This document shows positions 1 to 9,361 of a DNA stretch of 64,000 bases, in pieces; position 1 is the stretch's first letter; each line of letters starts with the position of its first letter. The stretch comes from Planctomycetota bacterium (lineage in GTDB: Bacteria; Planctomycetota; GCA-002687715; DRQF01), in assembly GCA_020639295.1 (NCBI GenBank), contig JACKGY010000004.1, positions 6,348 to 70,347 of the forward strand, given 5' to 3'. The notes below the pieces were generated by a model that searched no databases, had not been told where the DNA came from, and worked only from the letters and a program-made list of their open reading frames with translations. Made by a program: the position numbers and the translations under genes.

Positions 1-999
1 CTTCTGGGAGATCTCGAGCTCGCCCGGCTTCTCAGGATTGATGGCGACGACCATTCCCGCCTCGATCGAGCCGACGCCGGAGATCGGGAAGGGCTCGGCG
101 AGATCGGCGCCTCCCGTGATCTGGAGGACGTGCGTCCGGGTCGTGCCCTCGACCTGGAGCTTCGCTGTCGGCGAGACGGCGCCGATGCCGACGTTGCCGC
201 TCGCGGTGATCCGCAGGTATTCGGACCCGGCGACGTCGAAATGCAGGTCGCCGGCGCCGGACCCGGCGATTCCGATGCTGGCGCTCGTTCCCGGAGCTGC
301 GCCCGGAAACAGGAGCTCGCCCGCCTTCACCATCAGGTCGCCGTCGACGGAGAGCCGCGAGCTCGTCGGTGCCATTCCGATGCCGATGCGGCCGCCATCG
401 TCGATCATCAGATCGCGCTTCTCTGCCGTGCGGCCGATGCCGAAGCCATGGATGTTGTCCGGTGCCCAGGAATTTCCGATGAACCAGTTGCTTGCGATGT
501 CGATGAAGCGGATCGCCTGGTCGTACTGCGCGTGCTGCGTGCTCTCGATGGTCAGGATCGCGTTGGCGTCGTCGCGCCACAGGTGAAGGGCGCTGGTGGG
601 CGAGCCGAATCCGAGCGCGACGTTGCCGGCACCGTCGATCACGAGGTCGTTCTTCGCGGAGTCACGACCGACGCCGAAGCCGTTGACATCGCCCCCGGTC
701 CATTTGTTGCCGAGAAACCAGTTGCTGCCGGGGTCCTTGAAGTGGAGGAACTGGTCGTACTGGGCGCTTGCCGTGCTCTCCAGCACGATGCCGGCATTGG
801 CCGCGCCCGGCGTCAGCGAGACCTGTCCCGGCCAGCTGAAGAGGAGCGGCGTGTTGGCGAGTTGGGAGCCGTCCCAGGCGGGAATGGCATTCTGGGACAG
901 GGGGCCGATCTGACCATGACACTGTAGGGCGAGCATCAGAGCCACGACAGGAACGAAGGCTGCCAAGCGGCCGCCGAAAGGACGAAGAAGCCTGGACAT
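1..999 (-). CDS. Secreted repeat protein, tail-fibre-like (start in window, 3' end runs off window start); paralog of 5507..6694
   Basis: Absent from the ORF track because it has no stop in the window. My translation from ATG at 999 (GGAGGA RBS on the minus strand at 1006-1011) gives MSRLLRPFGGRLAAFVPVVALMLALQCHGQ (signal-like). It then reads [35 protein letters not shown] and a second copy [36 protein letters not shown], co-linear with the 5507..6694 protein. It ends ..LQITGGADLAEPFPISG. Confidence 0.75.
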   Translation of the reverse strand, partial: MSRLLRPFGGRLAAFVPVVALMLALQCHGQIGPLSQNAIPAWDGSQLANTPLLFSWPGQVSLTPGAANAGIVLESTASAQYDQFLHFKDPGSNWFLGNKWTGGDVNGFGVGRDSAKNDLVIDGAGNVALGFGSPTSALHLWRDDANAILTIESTQHAQYDQAIRFIDIASNWFIGNSWAPDNIHGFGIGRTAEKRDLMIDDGGRIGIGMAPTSSRLSVDGDLMVKAGELLFPGAAPGTSASIGIAGSGAGDLHFDVAGSEYLRITASGNVGIGAVSPTAKLQVEGTTRTHVLQITGGADLAEPFPISGVGSIEAGMVVAINPEKPGELEISQK

Positions 1000-1579
1000 C
1001 ACGATTCCTCCACTATGAAGACGAACTCGAGCGACCCTCCGACACTTGCGGAGGAAACTCGCCGCTCGTCGGGCCAGAGGCGCAGCTTTCTGAACGGTGA
1101 CAGGAAATCGGCGGCGAGTCGGATCTCGGCCCGAACGGCGCCATGGCCCGGAATGCCGCGTGTGGGCAGGAACTCCGAGGCGACGACCGCGTCAGGGCTG
1201 CCGGCCCTTGGCGCGGGCTGCTGACACTCGCCGAGAGGGGCCTACCGTCTCAAGAAGCATGCCGAGTAGGTCGCGCCCGGCGTTCGCCGGATCTTCTTGG
1301 GCGGCGTGGGCGTGACCCCAACACCGCCATGGAGAAGTGTCGGGCGGAGGGGGAGGCTCACAGACGAAGCCGTCGCCCAGGCTCGCGAACTATCCGGGTT
1401 CACCCGAGCCGCCGACCGGCGACGGCCCTGCTCTCAGATCGAAACGGATGGGACCAAGCGAGTTGATCTTGGATGCTCCTTCGCTTCGTCGATTGGGTCG
1501 GTGGGATTCGCCCGGCACTGTACTGAAAGGACCCACTCAGGCGCGCTTGATCTTCGTGAGGCGTGAAGGCGTAGGGGGA

Positions 1580-4543
1580 TCACGGGATGATCCTGGCGGG
1601 ACGCAACCCGACGTTGTGGCTGCGGGTCGAGGGCGCCTCGTAGGTGCGGAACGCCACGCGTGCGTACCCGGCCGAATCGTCGAAGCTGCCTCCGCGGAAG
1701 ACGCGGAGGGTCGAGGCGCCTGGATCGCCGCGAAGGCCGCGCGCACCAGGTGCCCCGATGTAGGAGTCGGAGCTGCCATCGAGACACCACTCCCAGACGT
1801 TCCCCGTCATGTCGTGCAGCCCAAAGGTGTTGGCCGCGAAACTGCCGACCGGAGCATGGATGATCCAGTCATCGCGATGTCCTGGCTGCTGATTTGACCA
1901 TCGGACCGCTCTCGTCTCCGAGCCGTTGATGTTGGCGATACGGCGCAGCTCCGAGATCTTGGAACAACCTGCGTAGACCTGATCCGTTCTTCCACCACGC
2001 GCCGCCTGCTCCCACTCGGCCTCGGTCGGAAGCTGAAGATCGACACGCGGCAGAAACACTTGCGCCTCCTCCCATGACACCCGCTCGACCGGATGCCGAG
2101 CGTCCACCGGCGCTCTCAGAGCGGCGTTGATGGCGCCGGGCCCGAACTCGCTCGGATTCGCCTGGAAGGCCCGCCGCCACTGTGCCTGCGTCATCTCGTA
2201 CTTCGACAGGAAATAGGCAAGAAGCGTGACCTCGTTCACCGGCTGCTCATAAGCCTTCGACTCCCGATCGAAATTCGGCTTCGCGGGATCGTCTTTCTGT
2301 GAGCCCATCAGGAAAGTCCCTCCCGGGATCAGCACGAGCACGACGCCGAGTTCCTCGGTCACCGCGATCTTGCCGGTTTCCGCATCGCGCTCGGGGATCG
2401 CGCCCTCATGCGTCAGCCAGTGCAGGAACTCCTCTAACTTTGAGTCCGGATCCGGGCCGAGCGGAATCAGGCCGAGCTGGGGCGCGAGGTCGAGGTCGGC
2501 GTAGATCTCCTTCTTGTCGGCGATGCGCTCCCGGCAAGCGATCCAGCGCGCGGCGATCTCGCCCTCCAAGGTCTCCTGCGCGATGGTACGCGACTGCTCC
2601 AGACGCGCGGCGATCGACTTCACGGGCCCCCGCGCGTCTTCGGCAAAGATCCGCAAGTCGCCAACCAGCTCGGCCAGGACATCATGCTGAAACTGAAGTG
2701 TCTGATCGGCAAATCGCCAGCTCCGGCGTCCCGAAGTCGTCAACTCCTCGAGCTCCGCCAGACGCTTCGCGACCTGTTCGCGGTGATCGACCAGCGGCTT
2801 CTTCTTGGCGTCGTCCTCACCGGCCTCGGAGATGGCCTTGTCCAGCTTCCCGAGCGCCTCCTTCGCCTGGGGAATCTCGGCCAGCTCGGCCGCGAAGTCA
2901 CGTCTCCTGTCGTCATCCGCGTAGGGGAGAGCCTGCGCGCGGAGTTCTTCGAGGTAGGCCAGATGATCGGCGAGCCTCCCGGCCAGCTGGTCGTGCTCCT
3001 CCTGCCAAGCCACAAGTAACGGCACGAGCTCCGGGCTCGGCGGATAGAGCGTCTCCGAGGCCGCGATGGCAGCCTCGAGCCGTTTCACGTCGGCGAGGCG
3101 GTCGTAGTCGTCGAGGGCTTCCTGTTTCCAGTCTCTCTCGCGCTCGGCCGCCTCCAGGGCGGCCGTCTTCTCGGCAAGCGCCGCTTCTTTTGCCTGACGC
3201 TCGCGATTCGCAGCTGCGAGAGCCTTCTGCTCTCGGCCGAGGGCTCGCTGAGCGCTCCGCTCCTTGGTGTAGAAGACGACCGATGCGCATGCGAGCGCCA
3301 GGATGACCAGCGAACCGAGTATCGTGGCGATACGATTGCGTTGCACCCAGCGCTGGGATCGGATCCAGAGACCGGATGGGCGTGCCTGGACCGGCCTTCT
3401 TTCCAGGAATCGCTCGAGGTCATCCGCGAAGTCGGCGGCCGTCGAGAACCGACGATCCGGGTCCTTGTCGAGTGCCGTGAGGATGATTGCCTCGAGGTCC
3501 TTCGGGAACCTCGGATTCGAGCGTCTCGGGGAGGGTGGCTCCATGGTCTCGATCAGCTCGAACAGCTCCCTGGTCGTCGCTGCCTTGAATGGCTTCTGAA
3601 GCGTACAGGCTTCAAACAGGCAGACGCCAAGCGAGTAGACGTCGGTTCGTCGATCGAGATTCGCCGCGCCGCGCGTCTGTTCTGGCGACATGTACGACGG
3701 GGTCCCCATGACGTCGCCGGTCTGCGTCAGGGACGGCCCGTCCGATGAGTCGGCACTCGCGAGCCCGAAATCCAGCACGCAGGGAGACCCATCGTCGCGC
3801 ACGATGATGTTGCCGGGCTTGATGTCGCGATGAACCAGTCCGGCAGCATGGGCGACGTGCAGCGCGCGGGCCACGGCGATCGCGAGACGAACGTCCTCGC
3901 GGATCAACTCCACGCCTGACTCGACGGCTGGCAGAGATCGGGTTCGCGGGTGACGTCGCTCTCCTGCTTCGGGCGAAGACTCCACGGGACGGAGACGGCT
4001 GGTCTCTTCGTCGCAAGCTGCTCGTGTGCGACTTGCGATCACGGCGGCGAGTGTCCGCCCGCGCACGTACTCCATCGCCATGTAGAGCACGCCCTCGTAT
4101 TCGCCGTGATCGTAGACGCGGGGGAAGCCAGAATGTTCGAGTTGCGCGACCGCGGTCGCCTCCCGTTCAAGCCGGAGGCGTCGCTCCTCCGTCAGGCGAT
4201 GATGAAGCGGCAGGATCTTGAGGGCCACGCGTCTTCTGAGCTGCTCGTCCTCGGCCTCGTAGACGACACCTTGGCCGCCTTGCCCGAGGACCCGGATCAA
4301 TCGGTACTTGCCGACAGTTTGCTTGCTCGAAGTGCTGGCAGCGGTCATCTCTGGAGCGCGGATGGCTCCTTCGGTCGTCGATGAGTCGCTCGTGCATGAG
4401 CTGCGCAAGAGCGCGTCGATCTCGCGTTCCAGTTCCGGGAAGAGCTTGAGATACTCCTCCTTCCGGCGGATTGCGTCTCGTTCGAGGTCCTTGTTGAAGA
4501 GCGCCTGGAGCGTGGCGCGTCGATCGTCGGTTTCGTCTGCCAT
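1580..4543 (-). CDS. Ser/Thr protein kinase with TM segment, coiled-coil region and C-terminal FGE-sulfatase-type domain (K1)
   Basis: ORF 1580..4699. Kinase motifs HRDIKPGNIIV, DFGLA, GTPSYMSPE. Hydrophobic segment ILGSLVILALACASVVFY. FGE-sulfatase-like motifs LPTEAEWEQAARGG, GNVWEWCLD, RVFRGGSF. I prefer the start at ATG 4543 (MADETDD), because the longer form would overlap the divergent sigma gene. Confidence 0.9.
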   Translation of the reverse strand: MADETDDRRATLQALFNKDLERDAIRRKEEYLKLFPELEREIDALLRSSCTSDSSTTEGAIRAPEMTAASTSSKQTVGKYRLIRVLGQGGQGVVYEAEDEQLRRRVALKILPLHHRLTEERRLRLEREATAVAQLEHSGFPRVYDHGEYEGVLYMAMEYVRGRTLAAVIASRTRAACDEETSRLRPVESSPEAGERRHPRTRSLPAVESGVELIREDVRLAIAVARALHVAHAAGLVHRDIKPGNIIVRDDGSPCVLDFGLASADSSDGPSLTQTGDVMGTPSYMSPEQTRGAANLDRRTDVYSLGVCLFEACTLQKPFKAATTRELFELIETMEPPSPRRSNPRFPKDLEAIILTALDKDPDRRFSTAADFADDLERFLERRPVQARPSGLWIRSQRWVQRNRIATILGSLVILALACASVVFYTKERSAQRALGREQKALAAANRERQAKEAALAEKTAALEAAERERDWKQEALDDYDRLADVKRLEAAIAASETLYPPSPELVPLLVAWQEEHDQLAGRLADHLAYLEELRAQALPYADDDRRRDFAAELAEIPQAKEALGKLDKAISEAGEDDAKKKPLVDHREQVAKRLAELEELTTSGRRSWRFADQTLQFQHDVLAELVGDLRIFAEDARGPVKSIAARLEQSRTIAQETLEGEIAARWIACRERIADKKEIYADLDLAPQLGLIPLGPDPDSKLEEFLHWLTHEGAIPERDAETGKIAVTEELGVVLVLIPGGTFLMGSQKDDPAKPNFDRESKAYEQPVNEVTLLAYFLSKYEMTQAQWRRAFQANPSEFGPGAINAALRAPVDARHPVERVSWEEAQVFLPRVDLQLPTEAEWEQAARGGRTDQVYAGCSKISELRRIANINGSETRAVRWSNQQPGHRDDWIIHAPVGSFAANTFGLHDMTGNVWEWCLDGSSDSYIGAPGARGLRGDPGASTLRVFRGGSFDDSAGYARVAFRTYEAPSTRSHNVGLRPARIIP

Positions 4544-4665
4544 GATCGCGGACTTTGATCGAGCGTGGGGGCTTTGCGCAAGCACCCGTTCGAAATTGCG
4601 CGTGAGGCGCCGTCGGACGGTTTCGCTGGTTGAGCATCGCATGGAACCGGGGTACTCTTTCCGCC

Positions 4666-5301
4666 ATGGCAGAAGGTCAGGAACATCACGATCAGACATC
4701 GATGCACTGTCGACGCGCGATGGACGGAGACAATGACAGTCTCGGGTGGGTCATTTTCCGCTTTCAGCCCTTGCTGATGTGCCAGGCTCGCTACCGACTC
4801 GGCGACAAGCTGAGGCGAGCGTCGCAGTATCACCCGGAAGACCTCGTGCATGACGTCTGGATACGGGTCATGCCGAAACTCGGTGATCTGCGCAGGGAAG
4901 CGCCGGGAGCCGGTCGTGTTCTGCTCGCCTACCTCAGCCGGACGCTGCAGCGGCGTGCCAACGAGCTCTACGACGAGCACGTCCGGAGGAAGCCAGCGCC
5001 GGCGTCATCCGATGACGAAGACGGCGATCTGATGCAGGAACTGCAGGACCGCTATTCAGGTGTGATCACGAGGGTCGGGCGGGCAGAGGCAACTTCCGAG
5101 CTCGAGGCGGCGCTGGATTCCCTGGACGAGATGGACCGCGAGCTGATCGTCCTGAGAGGGATCGAGGGTCTCGAGATGAAGCAGATCGCAGTGATGCTGC
5201 GGATGAAGCCGAACACGCTCTCCGTACGGTATGCCCGCGCCCGCAAGCACCTTCGTGAACGGTGTCCCGACTCCGCCACCGAAGACCTCGCCGACCCCTG
5301 A
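4666..5301 (+). CDS. ECF-type RNA polymerase sigma factor (S1), divergent from kinase K1
   Basis: ORF 4630..5301. Region-2-like [15 protein letters not shown] and region-4-like [42 protein letters not shown]. Start uncertain (TTG 4630, ATG 4666, 4702 or 4720). Confidence 0.85.
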   Translation: MAEGQEHHDQTSMHCRRAMDGDNDSLGWVIFRFQPLLMCQARYRLGDKLRRASQYHPEDLVHDVWIRVMPKLGDLRREAPGAGRVLLAYLSRTLQRRANELYDEHVRRKPAPASSDDEDGDLMQELQDRYSGVITRVGRAEATSELEAALDSLDEMDRELIVLRGIEGLEMKQIAVMLRMKPNTLSVRYARARKHLRERCPDSATEDLADP

Positions 5302-5384
5302 GCCCGGCCGGCAAGGCGTCCCCTGCCCGCCCGCGCCTTCGGTGCTGCCGGTGTCCGCGCACCGCACCAGCGACAGAAGCACTC

Positions 5385-5398
5385 GGAATCCGGACGAG
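5385..5398 (+). promoter_or_regulatory. Copy of recurrent upstream motif GGAATCCGGACGAG (GAAT..CCGGACGRG family)
   Basis: About 110 nt upstream of the 5507 start. Related strings occur upstream of P3 (30261-30278, minus strand) and P4 (52079-52096). Confidence 0.3.
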
Positions 5399-5506
5399 TT
5401 TGCTGTCACATCCTCCCATGCCGGCCCTCTACCCGGGCAAGCGATGAGCGCATTCGGCGCGTGCCGAAGCTCATCCGAGTCCAGAGATCTCGATGGAGGA
5501 CCAGGA

Positions 5507-6694
5507 ATGTACAGCTACGGAATGCGCGACGGTCTTTGTGCCATGCCCCTACTAATCGCCTTCGTTCTGGTGGGGACCCTCCCGTGCCAGGGGCAGGGCG
5601 GCAACCTCTCGCAGAACGTGATTCCCGTCTGGGACGGCACCCAGCTGGTTGGGTCGCCGTTTCACTACGAGGCTCCGGGACAGCTCGCGCTCCGGCCCGG
5701 AGCCGGCAACGCCGGCCTGCTGATCGAGAGCCTGAACCACCCCCAGTACGACCAGTACATCCACTTTCGGGACCCGGCGAGCGACTGGTTCGTCGGCAAC
5801 AAGTGGACGGGGGGCGACATCCATGGTTTCGGCATCGGTCGCACGGCGGAGAAGAACGACCTCGTGCTTGGCACGAACGGGAACCTCGGCCTCGGCTTCG
5901 GTTCGCCGATGAGCGCCGTCCACGTCTGGCGTGATCGCGCCAACGCCGTCGTCACGATCGAGAGCACGGAGAAGGCCCAGTACGATCAGGCGATCCGCTT
6001 CGTCGATCCGGTCAGTGAGTGGTACGTCGGAAACGTCTGGACCGGTGACGCGCCGGACGGCTTCGGCATCGGGCGCGACTCGGAGAAACGCGATCTGCGC
6101 ATCAACGGCAACGGCGACGTCGGCATCGGCATGAACCCCCGTTCGACGCTGTCGGTCAACGGCCTGATCGACATCTACGCCGGAGGGATCAGCTTCCCCG
6201 ATGGCACCATGCAGTTCAGCGCCATGAACAAGGGCGACACGGGCGCTCAGGGGCAGAAGGGTGATGCTGGCCCCGCGGGTCCGAAGGGCGACACCGGATC
6301 GCCGGGCCCGAAGGGCGATCCTGGCATCCAGGGCCCCAAGGGTGACACGGGTCCGCAGGGGCCCCAGGGTGCCCCCGGCGAGGGATTCAAGGTCGTCAGC
6401 GTTCCGACGGGAACGAATCCGGTGGCAGTTGGTGTCGATACCCTGCACCTCGTCGAGGGCGCGAATATCGAGATCGAGGGCAATGCCACGGCTGACTCCG
6501 TGAAGATCAGCGTGACCGGGACGGTCGAGACCTCCCGGGCCATCGAGCCGATGACCGGCAACGGGGCCCCGAGCGCGAAGCCCGCGCGGATCGGCCTCTT
6601 CTATATCGACATGTCGTCGTCTCCGAGCTCGCGGAACGTGTACCTCAGCACGGGCACCTCGACGATCAACGACTGGACGCGGATCGATCACTGA
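5507..6694 (+). CDS. Secreted collagen-like / tail-fibre-like repeat protein (T1)
   Basis: ORF 5231..6694. Start chosen at ATG 5507 (GGAGGA at 5495-5500), giving [30 protein letters not shown]. Two copies of the QYDQ.I.F.DP.S.W.VGN.WTG...GFGIGR module, then 17 G-X-Y triplets, then a ~100-aa C-terminal domain. Confidence 0.85.
   Translation: MYSYGMRDGLCAMPLLIAFVLVGTLPCQGQGGNLSQNVIPVWDGTQLVGSPFHYEAPGQLALRPGAGNAGLLIESLNHPQYDQYIHFRDPASDWFVGNKWTGGDIHGFGIGRTAEKNDLVLGTNGNLGLGFGSPMSAVHVWRDRANAVVTIESTEKAQYDQAIRFVDPVSEWYVGNVWTGDAPDGFGIGRDSEKRDLRINGNGDVGIGMNPRSTLSVNGLIDIYAGGISFPDGTMQFSAMNKGDTGAQGQKGDAGPAGPKGDTGSPGPKGDPGIQGPKGDTGPQGPQGAPGEGFKVVSVPTGTNPVAVGVDTLHLVEGANIEIEGNATADSVKISVTGTVETSRAIEPMTGNGAPSAKPARIGLFYIDMSSSPSSRNVYLSTGTSTINDWTRIDH
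6233..6385 (+). repeat. Collagen-like G-X-Y triplet tract (17 uninterrupted triplets) inside T1
   Basis: [51 protein letters not shown], read directly from the translation. Confidence 0.9.
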
Positions 6695-7098
6695 AGCACT
6701 CGACCGAAGAACGTGACGATGGGCGATGCGCGTCGAACGGGGGCTGCCCGATCGGCGCGCTCCTCGTTGTCCATCGGCGCCGCGCGCGTTCGAGGGAGTC
6801 CGCCAACCAGCGCGGAACCCTGGGCCGTGCTCAGTTCTTCAAGAATGGCAGTGCCGAAGTCTGTCGCTGGCGCCGCCGGATGCGGACCGAGATGAGAACG
6901 ACTTGGTACTCAGCGAGAGCAAGTGCCCGGGGGGAACCGAATCCGTGGTGCACAGCCTCGCGTGCTTCAAGGCGCGACTCGCCGCGCTGCCTCGCCACCC
7001 AACCATCCATGCCTAAGTCCAGTAGGGAGATCCGGTTGACCCGGAGGTCGAACTCCAGCACGAGGACCATCGCCGACTCTCGCGAACCTTCGGCCGCG

Positions 7099-7471
7099 CG
7101 ACTGCATGGCATCGACGAGATCCAGAACGCCAGGCTCGACGACGAGCTGCTGTGCGCGCGCAGGACCTGGGAGCCGGTGGCGTGGGAAGAACCGACGTGA
7201 GAAGTACAACGGTGGGCTCCCGGGTGTGGCCGACCGTGACCTCAATGCGTGGCTCACGGGGCACCGCGATGTCCTGCGCTGGGACGTCATCACCTCGAGA
7301 TTCGTCATCGGGTCGCCGGAATGCGCGGGGAACCGAGATGTGGAGTACGTGTACGGCGTCAGGCCGATTCCTCGGGCAGCAAGCAGCGCTTGGCGAGGCA
7401 GGGCGACCGGAGCGTCAATCAGGGCCAGGCGTCGCCTGAGTATGTCGGTTGGCCGCGATGGTCCCGTGTGA
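7099..7471 (+). pseudogene. Possible frameshifted gene remnant of unknown function
   Basis: High third-position GC and protein-like sequence switch frame at the TGA at 7198-7200. Before it: ..AARLHGIDEIQNARLDDELLCARRTWEPVAWEEPT*. After it, in the next frame: EKYNGGLPGVADRDLNAWLTGHRDVLRWDVITSRFVIGSPECAGNRDVEYVYGVRP. No family recognised. Confidence 0.25.
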
Positions 7472-7657
7472 CGCGAGAGTGCTCGGCAGGGTTGCGCCCC
7501 AGGAGGGTGTGATGAGGTCGTAGAGCCCACCTCGTCCGGTGGTTGGTGGATTCCGGGGGCACGCCGATCCGGTGGAGCGGGCTTGCCGAGGAGCGGGGGA
7601 TCGGGGTATCAGGGCGGAGCTGGGAGAGGGCGAATCGGCAGGAGGAGGCACCACCCC

Positions 7658-8104
7658 ATGAGTCTCGAGATCAGGACGGCGCGCGAAAGCGACCTCGCAG
7701 CCGTGCTCGCCCTCTACGCCCAACCCGGCATGAACGACGCCCTTATTCTCGACCTGGAGGCGGCCCGCGCGATCTTCCGGCGGATGAAGAGCTACCCCTC
7801 CTACGAGGTCTACGTCGCCCGGTTCGAGGGCCGAATCGTCGGGACCATCGCGTTGCTGGTGATGGACAATCTCGCCCACCTCGGCGCTCCCTCCGCCATC
7901 GTCGAGGACGTCTGCGTCGACGCGGGTTGCCGTGGCCAGGGCATCGGCAAGGAGATGATGGAATTCGCGATGACGACGGCGGCCGAGAAGGGCTGCTACA
8001 AGCTGACCCTGTCCAGCAACCTGAGCCGGACCCGGGCCCACGACTTCTACCTCGGCCTCGGCTTCCGCCAGCACGGCCTGAGCTTCCAGGTCGACCTGCC
8101 ATGA
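7658..8104 (+). CDS. GNAT family N-acetyltransferase
   Basis: ORF 7583..8104. ATG 7658 is preceded by GGAGGAGG (7641-7648). Acetyl-CoA-binding-like motif CRGQGIGKEMMEFA, with a typical GNAT length of 148 aa. Confidence 0.85.
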   Translation: MSLEIRTARESDLAAVLALYAQPGMNDALILDLEAARAIFRRMKSYPSYEVYVARFEGRIVGTIALLVMDNLAHLGAPSAIVEDVCVDAGCRGQGIGKEMMEFAMTTAAEKGCYKLTLSSNLSRTRAHDFYLGLGFRQHGLSFQVDLP

Positions 8105-8210
8105 ACGATCGTCGCGACGACGGCCAGGGTGGTCCTCGCCGGGCTCGCGGCCATCGGGCGCGGGCGACCGGCGCGGAACCCGGTGATCGAGGAAGCAGCG
8201 AGGGCGAGAG

Positions 8211-8666
8211 ATGACGATCAAGGCCCGCTACGTGCACACCAACCTGATCGCCGCCGACTGGCGAGCCCTCGCCGCCTTCTACGCGAGCGTCTTCGGGTGC
8301 CGGCCGGTTCCGCCGGAGCGCGATTTCCGGGGCCCGGCGCTCGATGCCGGCACGGGGCTTCGCGGTGCCCACCTCGCCGGCGTCCATCTGCGCCTGCCCG
8401 GCCACGGGCCCGACGGACCGACCCTCGAGATCTTCGGCTACGACGAGGTCGAGGACCGGTCGGCGACCGCGGTCAACCGCCCCGGTTTCGGCCACATCGC
8501 CTTCGCCGTCGACGACGTCACCGCGGCGCGGGACGAGGTGCTGGCCGCCGGAGGCTCCGCTCTCGGCGAGGTCGTGACCCTCGCCACCGGAGACGGCAGG
8601 ATGGTGACCTGGTGCTATCTGACCGACCCCGAGGGCAACGTCGTCGAGCTGCAATCCTGGTCCTGA
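8211..8666 (+). CDS. VOC / glyoxalase-bleomycin-resistance family protein
   Basis: 151-aa ORF. Reads HTNLIAADWRALAAFYASVFG ... GFGHIAFAVDDVTAARDEVLAAGG ... DPEGNVVELQ, a typical paired beta-alpha-beta-beta-beta pattern. Confidence 0.85.
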   Translation: MTIKARYVHTNLIAADWRALAAFYASVFGCRPVPPERDFRGPALDAGTGLRGAHLAGVHLRLPGHGPDGPTLEIFGYDEVEDRSATAVNRPGFGHIAFAVDDVTAARDEVLAAGGSALGEVVTLATGDGRMVTWCYLTDPEGNVVELQSWS

Positions 8667-8812
8667 AGGCTCGACATCGGCGGCCGGGCGCGGACCAGCG
8701 GCCACGACGACGCGCACCGCTCCCTGGGGCGCCGGGTGGCGGCCCCAGACCCATCGCCGCCGGTTTCGGAACTCCGGTGGCAGCCAAGGGACGGCCCAGG
8801 AGGAAGCTCGGC

Positions 8813-9097
8813 ATGGACCCGCAAGACGAACGCGCGCTCGACCTCGGCGGCATCGTACTGACGCCCGGCGCGACCTACGTCGTGATCGACGAGTTCCGGG
8901 ACTGGGCCGACGTCGTCCATCCCGTCGGCGAGGAGTTCGTCTACCGTGGCTACTCCTATGCTCCCTACGACGACGGCACGCTGCTCTACGTCATCCTGCG
9001 CGACGGCCGGGAGACCGGGATCGGCTTCGCCGGGACCGAGCCGGAGCAGGCCAGGACCCTCGGAAGCCTCGCCCAGTACCTCCGGCGACGAGATTGA
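8813..9097 (+). CDS. Small hypothetical protein (94 aa)
   Basis: In-frame ATG within ORF 8129..9097, preceded by AGGAGGA (8799-8805). The downstream part is protein-like (VVIDEFRDWADVVHPVGEEFVYRGYSYAPYDDGTLLYVILRDG); the upstream part is R/P-rich junk. Confidence 0.55.
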   Translation: MDPQDERALDLGGIVLTPGATYVVIDEFRDWADVVHPVGEEFVYRGYSYAPYDDGTLLYVILRDGRETGIGFAGTEPEQARTLGSLAQYLRRRD

Positions 9098-9361
9098 CGC
9101 GCGCGCATGATGGCAGGCGGAGCGTGGCCCCGGCCCGGGGAGAAGGGGCGTCGGCGCCGGCATCGACGATCCGGGCGAGGCCGCGGAGGCTGGCGGAGAG
9201 CTTCGCGCCGCAGTTGCGGTAGGCTTGCGGCGGCGCCGGTCCTCGTCACCGGGTGGCGCCGATGGCGCTCGCAGGACACCGACCGTCCTGGTCGCCGCTT
9301 GCAGCGCGTTCCGAAGCGACGAGTCCGGTCACGGTCCTGGTCCGGGCCTCGTGGTCGGCCC

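Noticed and set aside
1385-1410. T-loop-like strings (CGGGTTCACCCG at ~1393; GGGATTCGCCC at ~1503) in the 580-bp gap between T0 and K1, considered as a possible tRNA or tmRNA.
   Set aside because: The loops are the wrong size (4-5 nt rather than the 7-nt TPsiC loop). I could not build an acceptor stem, D-arm or anticodon arm around them.
1580-2000. A diversity-generating retroelement (DGR) targeting the C-terminal FGE-sulfatase / C-type-lectin-fold domains of K1, K3 and K4. Kinase-CLec fusions are known DGR targets in some bacteria.
   Set aside because: There is no reverse transcriptase gene in the window. I found no intergenic template repeat matching the 3' ends of the kinase genes, and no Asn/AAC-rich variable-region signature in the C-termini.
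4544-4699. Longest-ORF N-terminal extensions. Examples: K1 to 4699, K2 to 22081, K3 from 30366, F1 from 10279, F2 from 43471, S3 from 32924, S4 to 49454, methyltransferase to 46953, membrane protein to 59282, 8129..9097 and 9107..9904.
   Set aside because: The extensions are Arg/Pro/Ser-rich, overlap neighbouring genes or divergent promoters, and lack RBS context. Internal ATGs give canonical signal peptides or domain starts, RBS-like purine tracts, or ATGA coupling with the upstream gene.
1-6694. Interpreting the collagen / tail-fibre-like genes as a prophage fragment.
   Set aside because: No other phage hallmark genes (terminase, portal, capsid, baseplate, integrase, lysis) are nearby. Both proteins have signal-peptide-like N-termini, and the genes are interleaved with a host-type kinase/sigma pair.
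7013-7530. ORFs 6967..7530 (-) and 7013..7264 (-) as real genes in the 6.7-7.6 kb patch.
   Set aside because: Their translations are Arg/Ser/Pro-rich and not protein-like. They are the in-register shadows of the plus-strand frames that carry the better coding signal.
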